DNA from: Lama guanicoe
Lineage: Eukaryota
Reading direction: 5' to 3'
Assembly (NCBI GenBank): GCA_013239625.1
Contig: MU054925.1
Location: forward strand, 1,186,829-1,250,828
Length of the DNA: 64,000 nt
Shown: positions 23,111-35,200 of the stretch, one piece after another
Numbering within the stretch: the stretch's first letter is position 1
Layout: each line of letters opens with the position of its first letter
Position numbers and translations under genes: made by a program
The notes under the pieces: model-generated
Seen by the model: only the letters and a program-made list of their open reading frames with translations
Databases searched by the model: none
What the model was told of the DNA's origin: nothing

Positions 23111-26100
23111 TATCACATTCAGGCACAGTGCTTGGGGGATCTCTCAGAGGGAGAACCCCTATCTGGGGAGAGAAGTGAGGAAAGGCTTTAGGGAAGAAGC
23201 AGCATTAGGGCTGGGCCTTAGAGGGAAAGGATTTGCCAGCAGGTGTGCAGGGGTAATGGTCCGGAAAAGCAAGACAAGCCTGCCTAGTGCCTGACTGCGA
23301 GGGTCCATAGGAAACCTGAGCAGTGAGGTCCAGGGGAAAGGCCCAGGCCAGGGGTGGGTGTCCCAGGTAGAAAAGTGATCACACACAGCTGACTGCAGTA
23401 GGTTCCGGGCACTCTGGCACCTGGAGCATGGCGCCCCACGGGTCCACAACCCTGCCAGCCCAATCCTCACCTGCGGTGCTGAATGGACTGGCTCCAGCAC
23501 CCAAAGGAAAAGGCACTCACAGCCCTTGCTCAGAAGTAAACTTCATAAGGGGAGTTGGTGACAGTGTCTGGACCTTTGCAGACCTGACCTAGAGTCTGCC
23601 TCCATAATAGCTGGTCAGTGTGACAGTGGGGTGGCAACAAGCTTCACACTGAGGCTGCATTCAAACTGCTCTGCCTCTGCTGACTGTGCAGGCTCCATCC
23701 ATCCTGATTAGCACCTGCTGTGCAAAGGGCTTGGGCTAGGGCTTTGGCTACCTAGATGTCCCCCTACCTGAGTGACTCTGGAGTGACTCACAGCCACAAG
23801 GTAGTTGGGGAGAGAGGAAGCCACCACCAGAGGAAGCAGCTTGCTCAGAGGGTCTCTGCCAGCCATGATCAAAGGCCAGGACCCACACAACCCCCTGGCC
23901 AGCCCTGGCTGCTGCTTGCTTCCTCCCAGTGGGAAGTGACCACTTCCCAGGGGTCACAGTCCTGAAAGTTCTCCCTCAAATTTGCCCTCCTCATTAGGGA
24001 ATAAATTCCATCATTCCCTGATCCAGGTTCTTTGGGCTCAGGGAACACAAATGCATTTCATCAGCGTGATTCAAGCCAGGGCTTAAGCCATCTTGTGAGG
24101 CACTGCGGAGGCAAACAAGAGAAGCTTTGAAGATCATCCCCGGCTGCGTATCTTTGCCGCCATGGTCACAGCCCTGCTCCTGCATCTGCCAGGGAGTAGC
24201 ATGTGGTTAGAATCCCACTCTCACAGCTGAGAACAGAGGCACGGCCACCCACCACTGCCGGCCACCCATCTCTATGGCCCTAACAATCCAGGGGAGGGGG
24301 CTGGCATCAGTCTCCTCAATGGCTCTTATGTGCAGCGTTTCTCTTCCCAGGCTGCGATCCAAGGGCCGTATACTGGGCAAGAGAGTGGTACCTTAGCCCA
24401 CAGATCCTCCAGGAGGACCGGGAGGGGCCTGTGTCCCAGCTCTGTTACTCTGATTACACCACTGCCTCTGGCAGGAATGCCCTTCCCCCAAAGCCTCCCA
24501 TCAGTATCCTATTTGTCATGGTACAGTTATTTATAACATAAAAAAATCAGCAACTACCTAAACAATCAACAACAGGTAACTCGCCAGCTCAACTGTGTCC
24601 ACTCAACGGCAGGAAGTATGGGCACTGGCAAGGCACTGCCCACTTGGGCCTCCCTGTGAAGCAACCTCCACACAGGCTAGGTGCCGAGACCAGGGCTAAA
24701 TCTCTTCTTTCGTTGTGCTATCTGACATAATAAGGTTGTTTGTGCCACAGATTGTCTACAACAATCCTGAAGCTCTTGAATCAAAATGGCCCTTCCCTGA
24801 GATAACTTCCACAACCTCCACCTCCCCCTACCCCACGCCAACAGCTCCCTGCTCAGCCGCGTGGCGTGGGAGGTTTTGTATATGCCTGTCCCTGATCCTG
24901 GCCCAGCTTTCGGCAGTGCATATGCACTCATGCCCACAGGGACCCAGGGCTGGTCTTGGGGGTTTGTCTCCCCGACAGAAATTTGGGCCTCTGCTCATTC
25001 ACATCAGTCTGGAGCTAGACCCTAAAACCTTATGGCAGGGGGTGGGGTGGATCTGCCTTCCCCCTACCACGGTTGCACTGATCTCAGCCAGTGACTGCTT
25101 CTCCTCACCAGCATCACTGCACTCACTTTTGCCTCCACCTCCAACCTGGCCCCAGGGCAAAGAGAGGAGAAAGGAGGGCTGCTTCCAATTAGTATCTTGG
25201 TCTCCTCCACCCCCACCCACTTTACCATCTGCTACCCACCGCTGCTGCCTGGGAGGCTTCCAGTGTGGTGTACGTACCAAGCCCCTGACACCTGCTTGCA
25301 ACAAGGGGGTCCCTGGCCCCAAAGTTGGGAGTAACAGCTGAGGGACAGCTTTAAGAACAGTAGAAGGCCAGACAGAAAGGGGGTTTGCATTTCTCACCCC
25401 CATGGCCTGAACAGCACAGATTCCACATCCAACAGTAGAGTGCTCTCCTCCCATGACACAGGACCTGGGCTAGGCCTCAGTCCCACAGTGGGACATGGGA
25501 GGGCACAGAAGCCCCATAGCACTGTTTCCCTAGAGACATGGTTCCTTCCATCCTCTGCAGAGAAACTGAGAAATTGAATGTTGTGCACAGGGGGCTGTCC
25601 AAAGGGAGCTTGGGGGAAGTGCAGGGCCTGGGGGAGCCTCTAAGGGAGTCTGAGGGCCAAGCATTCCCTAGCCACTGCCTGATTCTCAGGTCAGACCCCT
25701 CAGACAATGCTGAGGGAGTCTCTGCCTGCTGGTGCCTTGGTAATAAATGGTCCCCTAGGGGCCCTACTGCAGCCTAAGGCAAGCAGGGCCCAGGGGGAGC
25801 TGGAATGGGACAGAGGCCAGCTCCAGAGGCCAAAGGGTCCCACATTAGAGTCCTAGCCCCTCCTGCACTGGGTTCAGCCTGGTTCAGGCTGTAGCTTTCG
25901 TAGCCATAATCAGGAGTTTCCTGCCACCCTGGTCCTCTCCATGTGGGGCTCCAGGCCTTGCAGCAAATCTAGAGAGGCCTGGAGGGGCCCAGGAGGCCTC
26001 CGGTTGCCTCCCAACAACTAACTGTGGGCAACACCTCCTGATTTAGTGGTAGCTGTGAACACCAGTCTGCAAGCACCCGCTCCCCTTCCCTGCTCTCCTC

Positions 26101-28559
26101 TCAGGGACCGGGCCTCGGCTTCCTGCTGTAATAGACATGCCTAGGCCCAAGCCCTGCGCAGGCGACAGCCAAGTCTTCAGCAACAAGACAGGCAGAATCA
26201 GAGACTTCACTCTTAGTGTTTAGTGTCACAAGACAGAGTCCAGCTTCCTGCCCACTATCCAATTGCTTTGGGTAACTGGGCAGGGTGTTGCCCTGGCTGG
26301 GCCTCAGGCTCTAGCTAAACCATGGTCCATAGTTCCTACTGACTCTCTCCTGTCTAATGAGGGAGGATGTGGGGGTTGGGTGCTCTCTAGTCTCAGGGGT
26401 GGCACACAATCCAGTGCTGCCTCCAGAAAGTTCAGCCTTCAATATGCAGGCAGAGCCAAGAGCCAACTGGCCCCTTCCAGGCACCTGGAGTTCCAATCTT
26501 TGAGCCCCTGAAGGACAATCCACTAGGGGCCCTGCTTCCCTGTGGGTGGAGGAGGGGAAATGCAGGGAAGGCCCCAGAGTAAAGGGTTGCTATGGTGATG
26601 GAAGTTTTTAAAAAGGGGAGGGGAGGGGAGAGACGTTGTTTAAACCCTTTCTCCAAGAATTCCCTGAGACTTTGGCCTGATTCCTTCCCCATGGGTTCTG
26701 TGACCCTGGTCCCTATGAAGAAAGGGGCAGTGGGGAGCTGCGAGACTTTAGAAAAGAGAGAGGGGGCAGGGACACAGAGAGACAAAGGCAGAACCTGCAA
26801 TGGAAGGGGAGCAAAGAGGCGACAGAGTAAAAAGGACACAGGCACAAGGACACAGGAGGGAAGGGGGGCAGGGGGGTTGAAGGGGCCCATGGGTGCCCAG
26901 CAGGGCCCTAAGGCCTCCATGACCATGTGCTCTGAACACCTGGGCCAGGAGCTGCCCCTGGTGCCTGGACCTTTGAGAAGGAACCCTCCTGTATCCCCCT
27001 AGACATGCACTGAACGTGGTGTGGGACAGCAGTAGCCCTGGGGAAGAGGCCAGCTGTTGCAGTCCCCTCAGTTGGAACAGTTCCTCAGCCCCTCTCCCTG
27101 TCATCACGGCAGCTTAAGTAAGGCAGGTCCACCATGTCGAAGGCACAGGCATGGGGGATGGAAATGAAGCTTGGAGACCTAGCTGTTTCACTTTACAGCC
27201 CCTCCTCTTAGCTGACCCAGCTATGCCTAGACTCCCTAGCCACCCCCAACCCGATCCCGCTGTCCTCTAGAGGCCTTGGGTCCCCAGGGCCTCTCTTGCA
27301 GCTCAGCCTAATTCCCTGTCACTGCCATCCCCCTCCCTGACAATGGATTCTGTCTGAGGGCCAGAAACAGCACCCTGAGCAACCTAGAAATAGGATAACA
27401 ACTACACAGCATTCCCCCTCCCACTCGGCCTCAGTTTCCCTGGATGGAGATCACTGACTCTGTGGCCTTCTCCCAGGGCAAGGACTGCCCACCTGCTAGT
27501 GAGTGGTGGCCAGCACAAGGGCTGCTGAGAAGGGCCAGTAGCTGATACAGGAAAGGCAGCCTATGGCACCTGAGGGCCCACACCAAATGCTGTAAAAGGG
27601 AAAGGAGCCTCTACTCCACCCCAGGGCCAGCCTGACACTGAGGGGAGTGGAGACATCAATTCCCCACTTGAGGAAACTGGGGCCCAGCAGGTGCCCAAAG
27701 CTGATAGGACTCAGTTGTGGGTGAGGGCACCAGGTCACCACAGGCGGTCCTTTGGGGGCTCAAAGCCTGGGCCTTGGAGGAGGGTCAGAACAGGGGCTGG
27801 ACTGCTGCAGACTGAGGTTTTGGTGAGGGACAGAGAGCCCAGCTCCCTACGAGGGAACCTGGTGGAGCAAGCTCTGCCTAGGGGGTGCGGACAAAAGCAG
27901 TTTGGTAGAGCTATGGGGGACTGGGAGAGCCTAGGGTCTCTGCCAGACACCACAGGCTGGGGAAGGCAGAAACTCAGTGGCTCATTGTTCACCCAGCCAG
28001 CCAGGGGCCCTGCTCCCCATCGTGCTGCCACCCTGACCCCCTTCCCCAGTGCTGCTGACTCGCCCCCGCTGGCACAGCAACACACATGCGGAAGGCACAC
28101 GTGTGAGCACCAAGCCCGCACCTCCCAGCAGAAACATGTGCGCCCCCCACCCCCACTGCGCAGCTCTGGGTGGGTGCCCTGGACACCCGGCAGGCCCCCG
28201 TGTTAAGGCTCGGAAGCTGGATCTTGGCTTGGGGGCTGCTGGTCCTCAGGGGCTTGAGCCTGCTCCCCCACCCCGCAGCAGCCCCGCCCAGCCCCCTTCA
28301 GGTTGTCGCCCATAAAGAACTCTCCGTTGTCATGGAAATTAGTGACTGCTTCGCGGGAGGGAGGGGGCAGGGGGCAGTTGGGAGGGGCAGGAGGCGGCTC
28401 TGGGAGTCCGGAGGGGCAGCTGAGCCCTCGGCCCCTACCGCCAAGGGGCACCACGAATGTTGGAGGGTTAATGTTTTCACAATTAGGAGCCCAGCGAGAC
28501 GGGGGGTAGGATGGGGAACAAGCAGGGGAGACTGGCCTAGACTTGAGTCTTAGAGGTTT

Positions 28560-29160
28560 CCCCTGGGACCCCTGAGCCGTCCGAGGTGACGGGGAACTTT
28601 AGCCCAACCCCGCAAGCCGAACCCCGGATCTGCAGAGCCCGCGTGCTCTGCCCCCGCCAGGACCCCAAGCCCTCGCAGCACCCCCGCGCACTTGGCTACC
28701 CGAACCTCGAGCCAAAGACCCAATCCCCTAAGACCCCACAATATGCGTTCGGGGGGCGCCCCCTCTTCCTGGCTCACCCCTCACCTGCAGCGCTGGTCTG
28801 TCACAGAGAGGAAGCGATCGCGGGTTCAGAGGGGCTCCGAGGGCTCCGGGGGCGGCGGGCAGAATCCGCTCCGGGCACGCGGGGCAGACGCGGCGCCAGC
28901 TGCAGCCACTTCGGCTTGCGAACCTCCAGCATCTCCCGCCGCTCGCCTGCATCGGATTCGCACCCCGGGCCGGGGGCGGGCTGGGGGCGGGGCCTCCCTC
29001 AGCATGCTCCGCCCCGACCCTGGAGGAGCTTGAGGCTGGAATCCCACTCGAAAGCCAGCTGATGAGGGGTAGCAGAAGTCGGTGAATACTAGCCTGCCGG
29101 ACCGGGGCTAGGCTCTCAAAGGCTCTCCTAGGCCCTCGGACTGACGGGGAAACGGGGACC
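28560..29160 (-). promoter_or_regulatory. CAMKV CpG-island promoter
   Basis: High CpG density with tandem GGGGCGGG (Sp/KLF) boxes at 28972-28992. Confidence 0.7.
28785..28960 (-). other. CAMKV: CAMKV non-coding exon 1 (TSS approximate)
   Basis: CpG island with a CAG|GTGAGG donor at 28785/28784. GC boxes lie at 28968-28992. Coding exon 2 begins at 21742, 14 nt before the ATG. Confidence 0.7.
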
Positions 29161-31936
29161 TGAGGGGCCTTCATATGCCCATTGTAGAAGGTGTGGGGAA
29201 AGCCTGAGTCCTGGAGCTGCATAGGAGTGTCTTGGCAGGTAGCAGTCCCTAAGCAAGCGGAGCTCACAGCTCCCAAAACCTGACTCAAAGAGCAGAACCC
29301 ACTTAGAAGAACCAAGTGGGCAGTCGCTAGGGCAAGCTGCACTGCAGACTGCCCCCGCCCAGCTAATAAACACACGGGGAGGGGAGTACAAGTGAGGGCT
29401 CCACACCTTGGTTGGCAGTGTCCTTCCCTACACTACCCTCCACTCCTGAAAGGTCAAAGCCTTTCCCTTCCCCATGTCCCAGCCAGGGTGGCTGACTGAG
29501 TCTGCCCCCTCCTGTGTGGCACTGAATTTCCCAAGCTATAAATGTTACCTATGACATGGTGTAGACTCTGCTTTCTTTCCGGTTTAATCCCCCTTGAACG
29601 TTGCATTAGTGGCATCCCTATTGGTGGTCTGGGCTGGCATATGGGGATACAGGAAAACAACAGCACCAAGGAGCCCCACCAACCTGGCCCCTGATGGGAG
29701 GAGGCTGAGAATTGCCAGGAAGTCCTAGGCCATTTCTCTGTCCCTTGTCAGGGAGGCATAGGGACCTAATGCTTGCCCTGCCACCTTCACAAACCTTGAG
29801 GCCACTTTTTGAAGGTCAGACTTAGGCTTCTCTATGCCTGGAGTCGGGTGCCAGCCGGCACGAACCCGCTCAGTGAGCCTCCTGACCTCATCCTGGGTGG
29901 GATCGTCTCCAAGCCCTTGGCCATGTTGAATAAGTCTCCCCTGCATAGTTCCCCATAGCTGCTGATAGGAGCAACTACCCAAGTGAGGAAGTTAGGGCTG
30001 GGGCTGTGGCTAGAAGTCTAGTCTGGGAGATGACTGCCCAAACAGGATCCCTTCAATATCTATCTACAAAGTGGGTGTTGAGGAGGAGTCCTTCACATCC
30101 TTCCCTGGCTTTGGGTCACCTCTTCCAGGCCAGGCTCCCTGGGCTCTGGGTGGTCTGAATCATGGCACCAACTCCACCCGTGGGTAGGAATCTCCTGGCA
30201 AGCTGGACACCTTGTGCCCAGAGCTAAAGGCACAAGAGCCTGTGTGGCATCTCAGTATGCTCAGTTCGTGTCTGCAGAATGAATAAATGGCCTGGCTCTC
30301 AGTCCTACCTGCTGTCTGCCCACTGTCATTGAAACAGTGATTCTCTGAGTTCTCTGGTACAGCTGAACCATGGCCTGCTGACCCCACACACGTCACACAC
30401 ATTTTCTGCTTTTCCTGAAGGTCACGACCATCCAGGCACAGAGAAGCTGGGCCAAAGAGAAGCTGAAATGTGGGGGATTTAGAGGCAAGGAAGAGGTAGC
30501 TTGCGAGAGCCCTGCCTACTGCTGGCAGTGCTCCACCTCTTCTTGGTCCCGTGCACACTCCATGTGCCTGTGGGTGAAAGCACGTGGCAGGGTGTATGTG
30601 CACACGTGTGAGTACATCTGTGTGTGTGTGTGCTCTTATGCCATGGGAGATGGCAAGAGCACAGTGTGTGTGGTGGTGCCTAGGGGCACGTGTGTTTGCA
30701 TTCTGTGTGCACCCAGGCATGCCTGCTCGCGTAGGCACATAGACGCTGTAGCTAGTCCCTAGAGCCATGGGTCCCCTTCCTGCCTGACACAGGCCTCAGG
30801 ATTGTGGAGGCTGACTCAGGGTGTGACAGCAGGACATAGGAAGAGGGTGGACCATGCCCAAGGGTGGACAGGCGCTGGGGTGACCCTATATCATTGGCTA
30901 TTTCTAGGGCAGCCCCTCACTCTCAGATGTGTGTGGGTGTAGCCGGGTCTTTGCCCTTTGTGGCAAGGGCAACCTAAAAACAAGAACCCAGGGTTGGGAC
31001 AGGGGTATGGCTTGTCTCTCAGCTCCCAGCCAGAGGGGCACAGGCCAGGTAGGGTTTCAGTGTTTTGGCTTCAACCTGCAGCTGCCCTCCAGGCAGGAAG
31101 TAGCAACACCAGCTGAATGCCTTCTCTCAGCTCTTCCAGGCCAGGGACTGGGCTGACACAGAGCTTTATTACTCACTGTACTCTTTAGAGCCAGACAAGT
31201 TCAGGGGCCATGATTTCTAGCCACCTGCATGGCCAGAAGGAGGGCGGGAGGTCCTTCAGCACAGGGTGGAGTTGAGGACAGGAGCAGGGGCAGTTGGCAT
31301 TGGCACTGGCATTGCCCCATAGTCTCTATGAGGGTCTCCTGAGGAGGCCTGCACCCCAGCCTCCTTGTGGGCAGGGGCTGCATGGGTTGGGAGGCTGAAG
31401 AGGAGAAGGGAGCCCAAAGTGAACAGTTCCAGCTCCCAATGGAGCTAGATAGAGACAAGATTAGGTGTGAGCCTCCATACCTAGAGACTACAAAGCAGGC
31501 CAGAGCCTCCTCCCCCAGCTCAGGTTGTACCTCCCACCCAAGTTCCAGGATTTATCTGCACCACTACCTGGATTTCCTGTCCCAGGACACCAGAAGCCAG
31601 CACTCCTATACCTTCAAATTCTGACTGGCTGCTATAGCCCCTGCCAACCCAGCATGGAGCTCCAGCCAAGCTTCAGAATTATGTGGTAACTGCATTACCA
31701 GGCCAGCTCCCCAAGAAGTCCAGACTCTGACAGGTATCCTCCCTTGGGGGCAACAAATGCTCCCAGCCATCTGTGGAACCCTTTGGCTGTTGTCAAGTTT
31801 CCTGGCCTCAGCCCCTTATAGAGGGCCCAAGGTGGGGGAAGGCAAGCAGTCTTTTCTTCTGGAGCTAGGGGAGGGGGCTGTTCCCCCCACTTCATGACTC
31901 ACTCCAGGCTGTGTGGGTTATTACATTATGTTTGAA

Positions 31937-31992
31937 ATTGCCATGGCAACCAGCTGGCAATCAAGGGTAATTGAGCTTGTCACCAGGGCAAC
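31937..31992. promoter_or_regulatory. Paired RFX X-boxes downstream of ACTL11
   Basis: ATTGCCATGGCAAC at 31937-31950 and GTCACCAGGGCAAC at 31979-31992, with a TAATTG between them. Confidence 0.65.
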
Positions 31993-32272
31993 AGGGCAAA
32001 ACCCACAGCAGCCACTCTCTGTAGTTGCCCTTGGGGTGCAGTAAAGGTCAGGTTAGACCAGGGCCAGTGCCAGGCAAGGGGCTCTGGGGCTCTGGAAGGG
32101 ATAGGCTTGCCAAGGCCCCTGGAATTCCAGTGTGTGGAAGCAGGGGGTGCCTTGAGAGTGCCAAGCCCTCCATCTCTGACCCCATGCCTGGACTCCTGCC
32201 CTTCCCTCCACCACCCTCTGCCTAAAATGTGCCACAGTGGTCAAAGTAAGCAGAACCAGAACTTTTATGTGC

Positions 32273-35200
32273 TCACAGATGGTACTTGTAGATGGCCCAA
32301 GGGCCCTCCTCCTCGTACTCATGGCGGCTGAGCCACAGGCTCTGGAAGGAGTCTCGGGACACCATGATGGAGCCTCCGAGCCAAGCAGCAACAGCACGGT
32401 GCGGAGAGCCCAGTACAGTGGCACAAGGGCCCAGTTCCTGTCTCAGGCGTTCAGGAAAGCCATTCAACAGGGTGCTACCACCATCCAGCACCACATTAGC
32501 CAGCAGCTGCTCCTGCTGCTTGGCCTCCAGACGGCTGATACTTAGGAGGGCTAGTTGTGGGAGGCCTGGCTGATTGAAGCCTAGCAGATTGGGCTGGAAG
32601 AGGGCCTCGGGGCAGCAGAAGCGCTCAGAGCCCAGCGTGATGACCTGCTTGTCTGGAAGCACAAAGTCCACCCGGGCCTGGGCCTGGGCACGGGCCATCT
32701 CGGCTGTCATGTCCATGGCCACATAGCAGCAAGCCTCTTTAATCTGGTTGACCAGCTCTGCCTTGGGCGGTGAGTGGCCACTTGCCAACAACAGCTGAGC
32801 CAGGTATTCAGTGAGGTCAGCACCAGCCACATCCAGCCGGTAGGTGTCCAGTGGGGCCAGATCCCCGGTGATGATGGGCGCCACATAGGAAGTGCCATGG
32901 CCACTGCCCAGCACCAGCCCAGTGGTGCGCCCATAAGCATAGAGCGCCAGCAGGGCCTGATGCACCGTCTGCATGGCTGGCACATGGAAACGCTCAAAGA
33001 GTATTTCAGCTACCTTTTCTCGGTTGGTGCGCGGTGAGATGGGTGAGTCAGCTACCAGCACCGCCAGCTCCTCGGGCCGCACACCCAGCCTGCAGTAGAA
33101 CAGGTGCTGCCACAGCACCTCCAGCGCATCCCAGTCGGAGACCACTCCTCGATTCAGCACTGAGTAAGAGCCCTCTCGTTTCTCAGGCACTGCATACCTG
33201 GGCTGGCCCTGAACCGGGTGCTGGAGCAGCTGTACGCGTGAGGGCACTACACTCAGGACATGGTCTTCTCCAGCCAGTCCACACTTGGTGAAGCCTGTGC
33301 CTGTGTCGATCACCACAGCTGCCATGTCCTGGTAGGGGCCCAGAGTGTGGCGGCAGAGCACTGGGGACTGCACTGGCAGGGTGTTCATGGTGGGCACCAG
33401 CTCATAGCAGGCCCCTCGGAGCAGACCAAGGTGTGCGACCACTTGTGAGTGTGTAATGTCCTCAGCTGTCAGCTTGAACCGGGGACCCTGGGGCTCAGGG
33501 CCCACCATGGCCATGGGCAAGACCTTGCAACCAGTGCCAGATGTGGTGAATGGGATCAGGGACAGCTGCGCCTCTTGGGCCCTGGGAGAGCAGCCAGGTT
33601 GCCAGGATGAGAGCTGATGTGTGCTGGAGCTTTGAGTAGCACTGGCACCAACTTTTTCTCTGTTCACAGAGACACAGGTCTCCTCGGGGGGCAGGGGCAC
33701 CCGAACCACCCCCACGTGGGTACGTTGGCCCAAGGGCTCATGTTCCTGGCACAAGGTGGAGGCCTGACCAGGTTCCCTAGTGGCAGGGGGCCCTCGTGAG
33801 AGGGTAGGCACAGTGGAGATGGGAGGCACTTGGGAAAAGGGAGGCTGCAAAGTGAGAGAAAGCTGCCTGCCATTAGGTGTCCCAGGAAGAGGGGGCTGAC
33901 CAAGAAGGCAAGTCTGCTTGGTGGAGGGGGCCTGCTCAGCTAGGGGTGGCTGTCCCGAAAGGTAGGTCTGCCTGGTGTGGGGACAGTGCTCTGCAGAAGG
34001 AGGCTGACTGGTTGAAGGGGGCTGTCTGGCGAGGGTACACTTCTCGGCTAGTGGGGGCTGACCACCGAGGGGACCCTGCCCAGCATCTTGGACCTGAGGG
34101 TGGTCAGGATGAGGAGTAATGACCTCTTTCTGACCGTTGCTGCCTACATCCTTCTGGAGCTGGGGTCTGGGCACATCCTGGGTTTTGGCTGGTGGTACAT
34201 GCTCTGGGCTCTGCTCTGAGTTCATCCACTGCAATTTCTTGGCCTGGACCATAGAGGTATTCTGCATCCTGGAGGCATCCAGCATCCAGATGGTGCGACT
34301 AGCTTCATTTTTTTCAGCATCAGGTTTGGACCAGCCAGGACCATGGGCATGGCTAAGTGTCCTCTCTCCAAATTGGAGGGGCATCCCCAGTGGAATGGGC
34401 CCAGTGAGCATCCCCATCCTGATGGGTGTCTCAGTACCAGGGGAGTCCACTGACTCCAGGTTGACCCTGGCCTCCTTGGGAACCAGGGCCACCTCTCGGT
34501 AGCTTCCAGATGAAAGGCTAGAGGGCACAGGGCTGGACACCATGGGCGTGGTAGACCAGAGGCTGGAGCGATTGCTGTCAGGGGAGAGAATGGGCATGGC
34601 TAATGGCCGGGTAGACAGCGTATTTTCAGAGGCACGGATGGATGAGTGGCTGGGCATGAGGCCCACCAGCACTGCGCGTGAGCCCATGGGGTCGTGGCAC
34701 AGTAGCCCCATCCTGGTATTGCCTGTGGCCATATCAAACACCAGCACACGGTCTTCTACAGCATCCTGGAGCTGACAGGTAGGGGCACTGGAGAGGGGTA
34801 TCTGCATGGCTTCCCTGGGAGTCTCTGCCGGGGACTGCTTGTGGTAGTTTACTTGGTGGGCAGACAGGGGCACTTTGGAGCAGGTGTTGTCGCAAACATT
34901 GAAGGGCTGCTGATCTGGCTGAGAGCTGCAGATCTCCTGGCTACCCCTCTGGGACTTGGGGGTCCCTGGGGGCCCTGAGCCTGGTTTTGGGCTGCTTGGC
35001 CTGGAGGTACAGACCAGGGGCTTCTCCAGTTGGTTTTCAGGCTGCTTGGGTAACACAAGCCTTCTGGCAACCTCGAGCTCCTGGGCCTGGTCTGGGGACT
35101 GATTTGGAGTGGGTGCTGGGGTGGGAGGCTCATCCTGAGAATGGAAATTCACTTTGTCCTGGCAGGATGTGACCCCTTTGGAAGACTCCGAGTAGATTGA

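Noticed and set aside
23473-23483. Possible REST/RE1 site (TTCAGCACC on minus) in CAMKV intron 1
   Set aside because: Only the left half-site; no GGACAG right half at suitable spacing.
23100-31900. Many 60-215 aa ORFs in CAMKV intron 1 and upstream
   Set aside because: No recognisable domains; expected by chance in GC-rich DNA, and many start at non-ATG codons.
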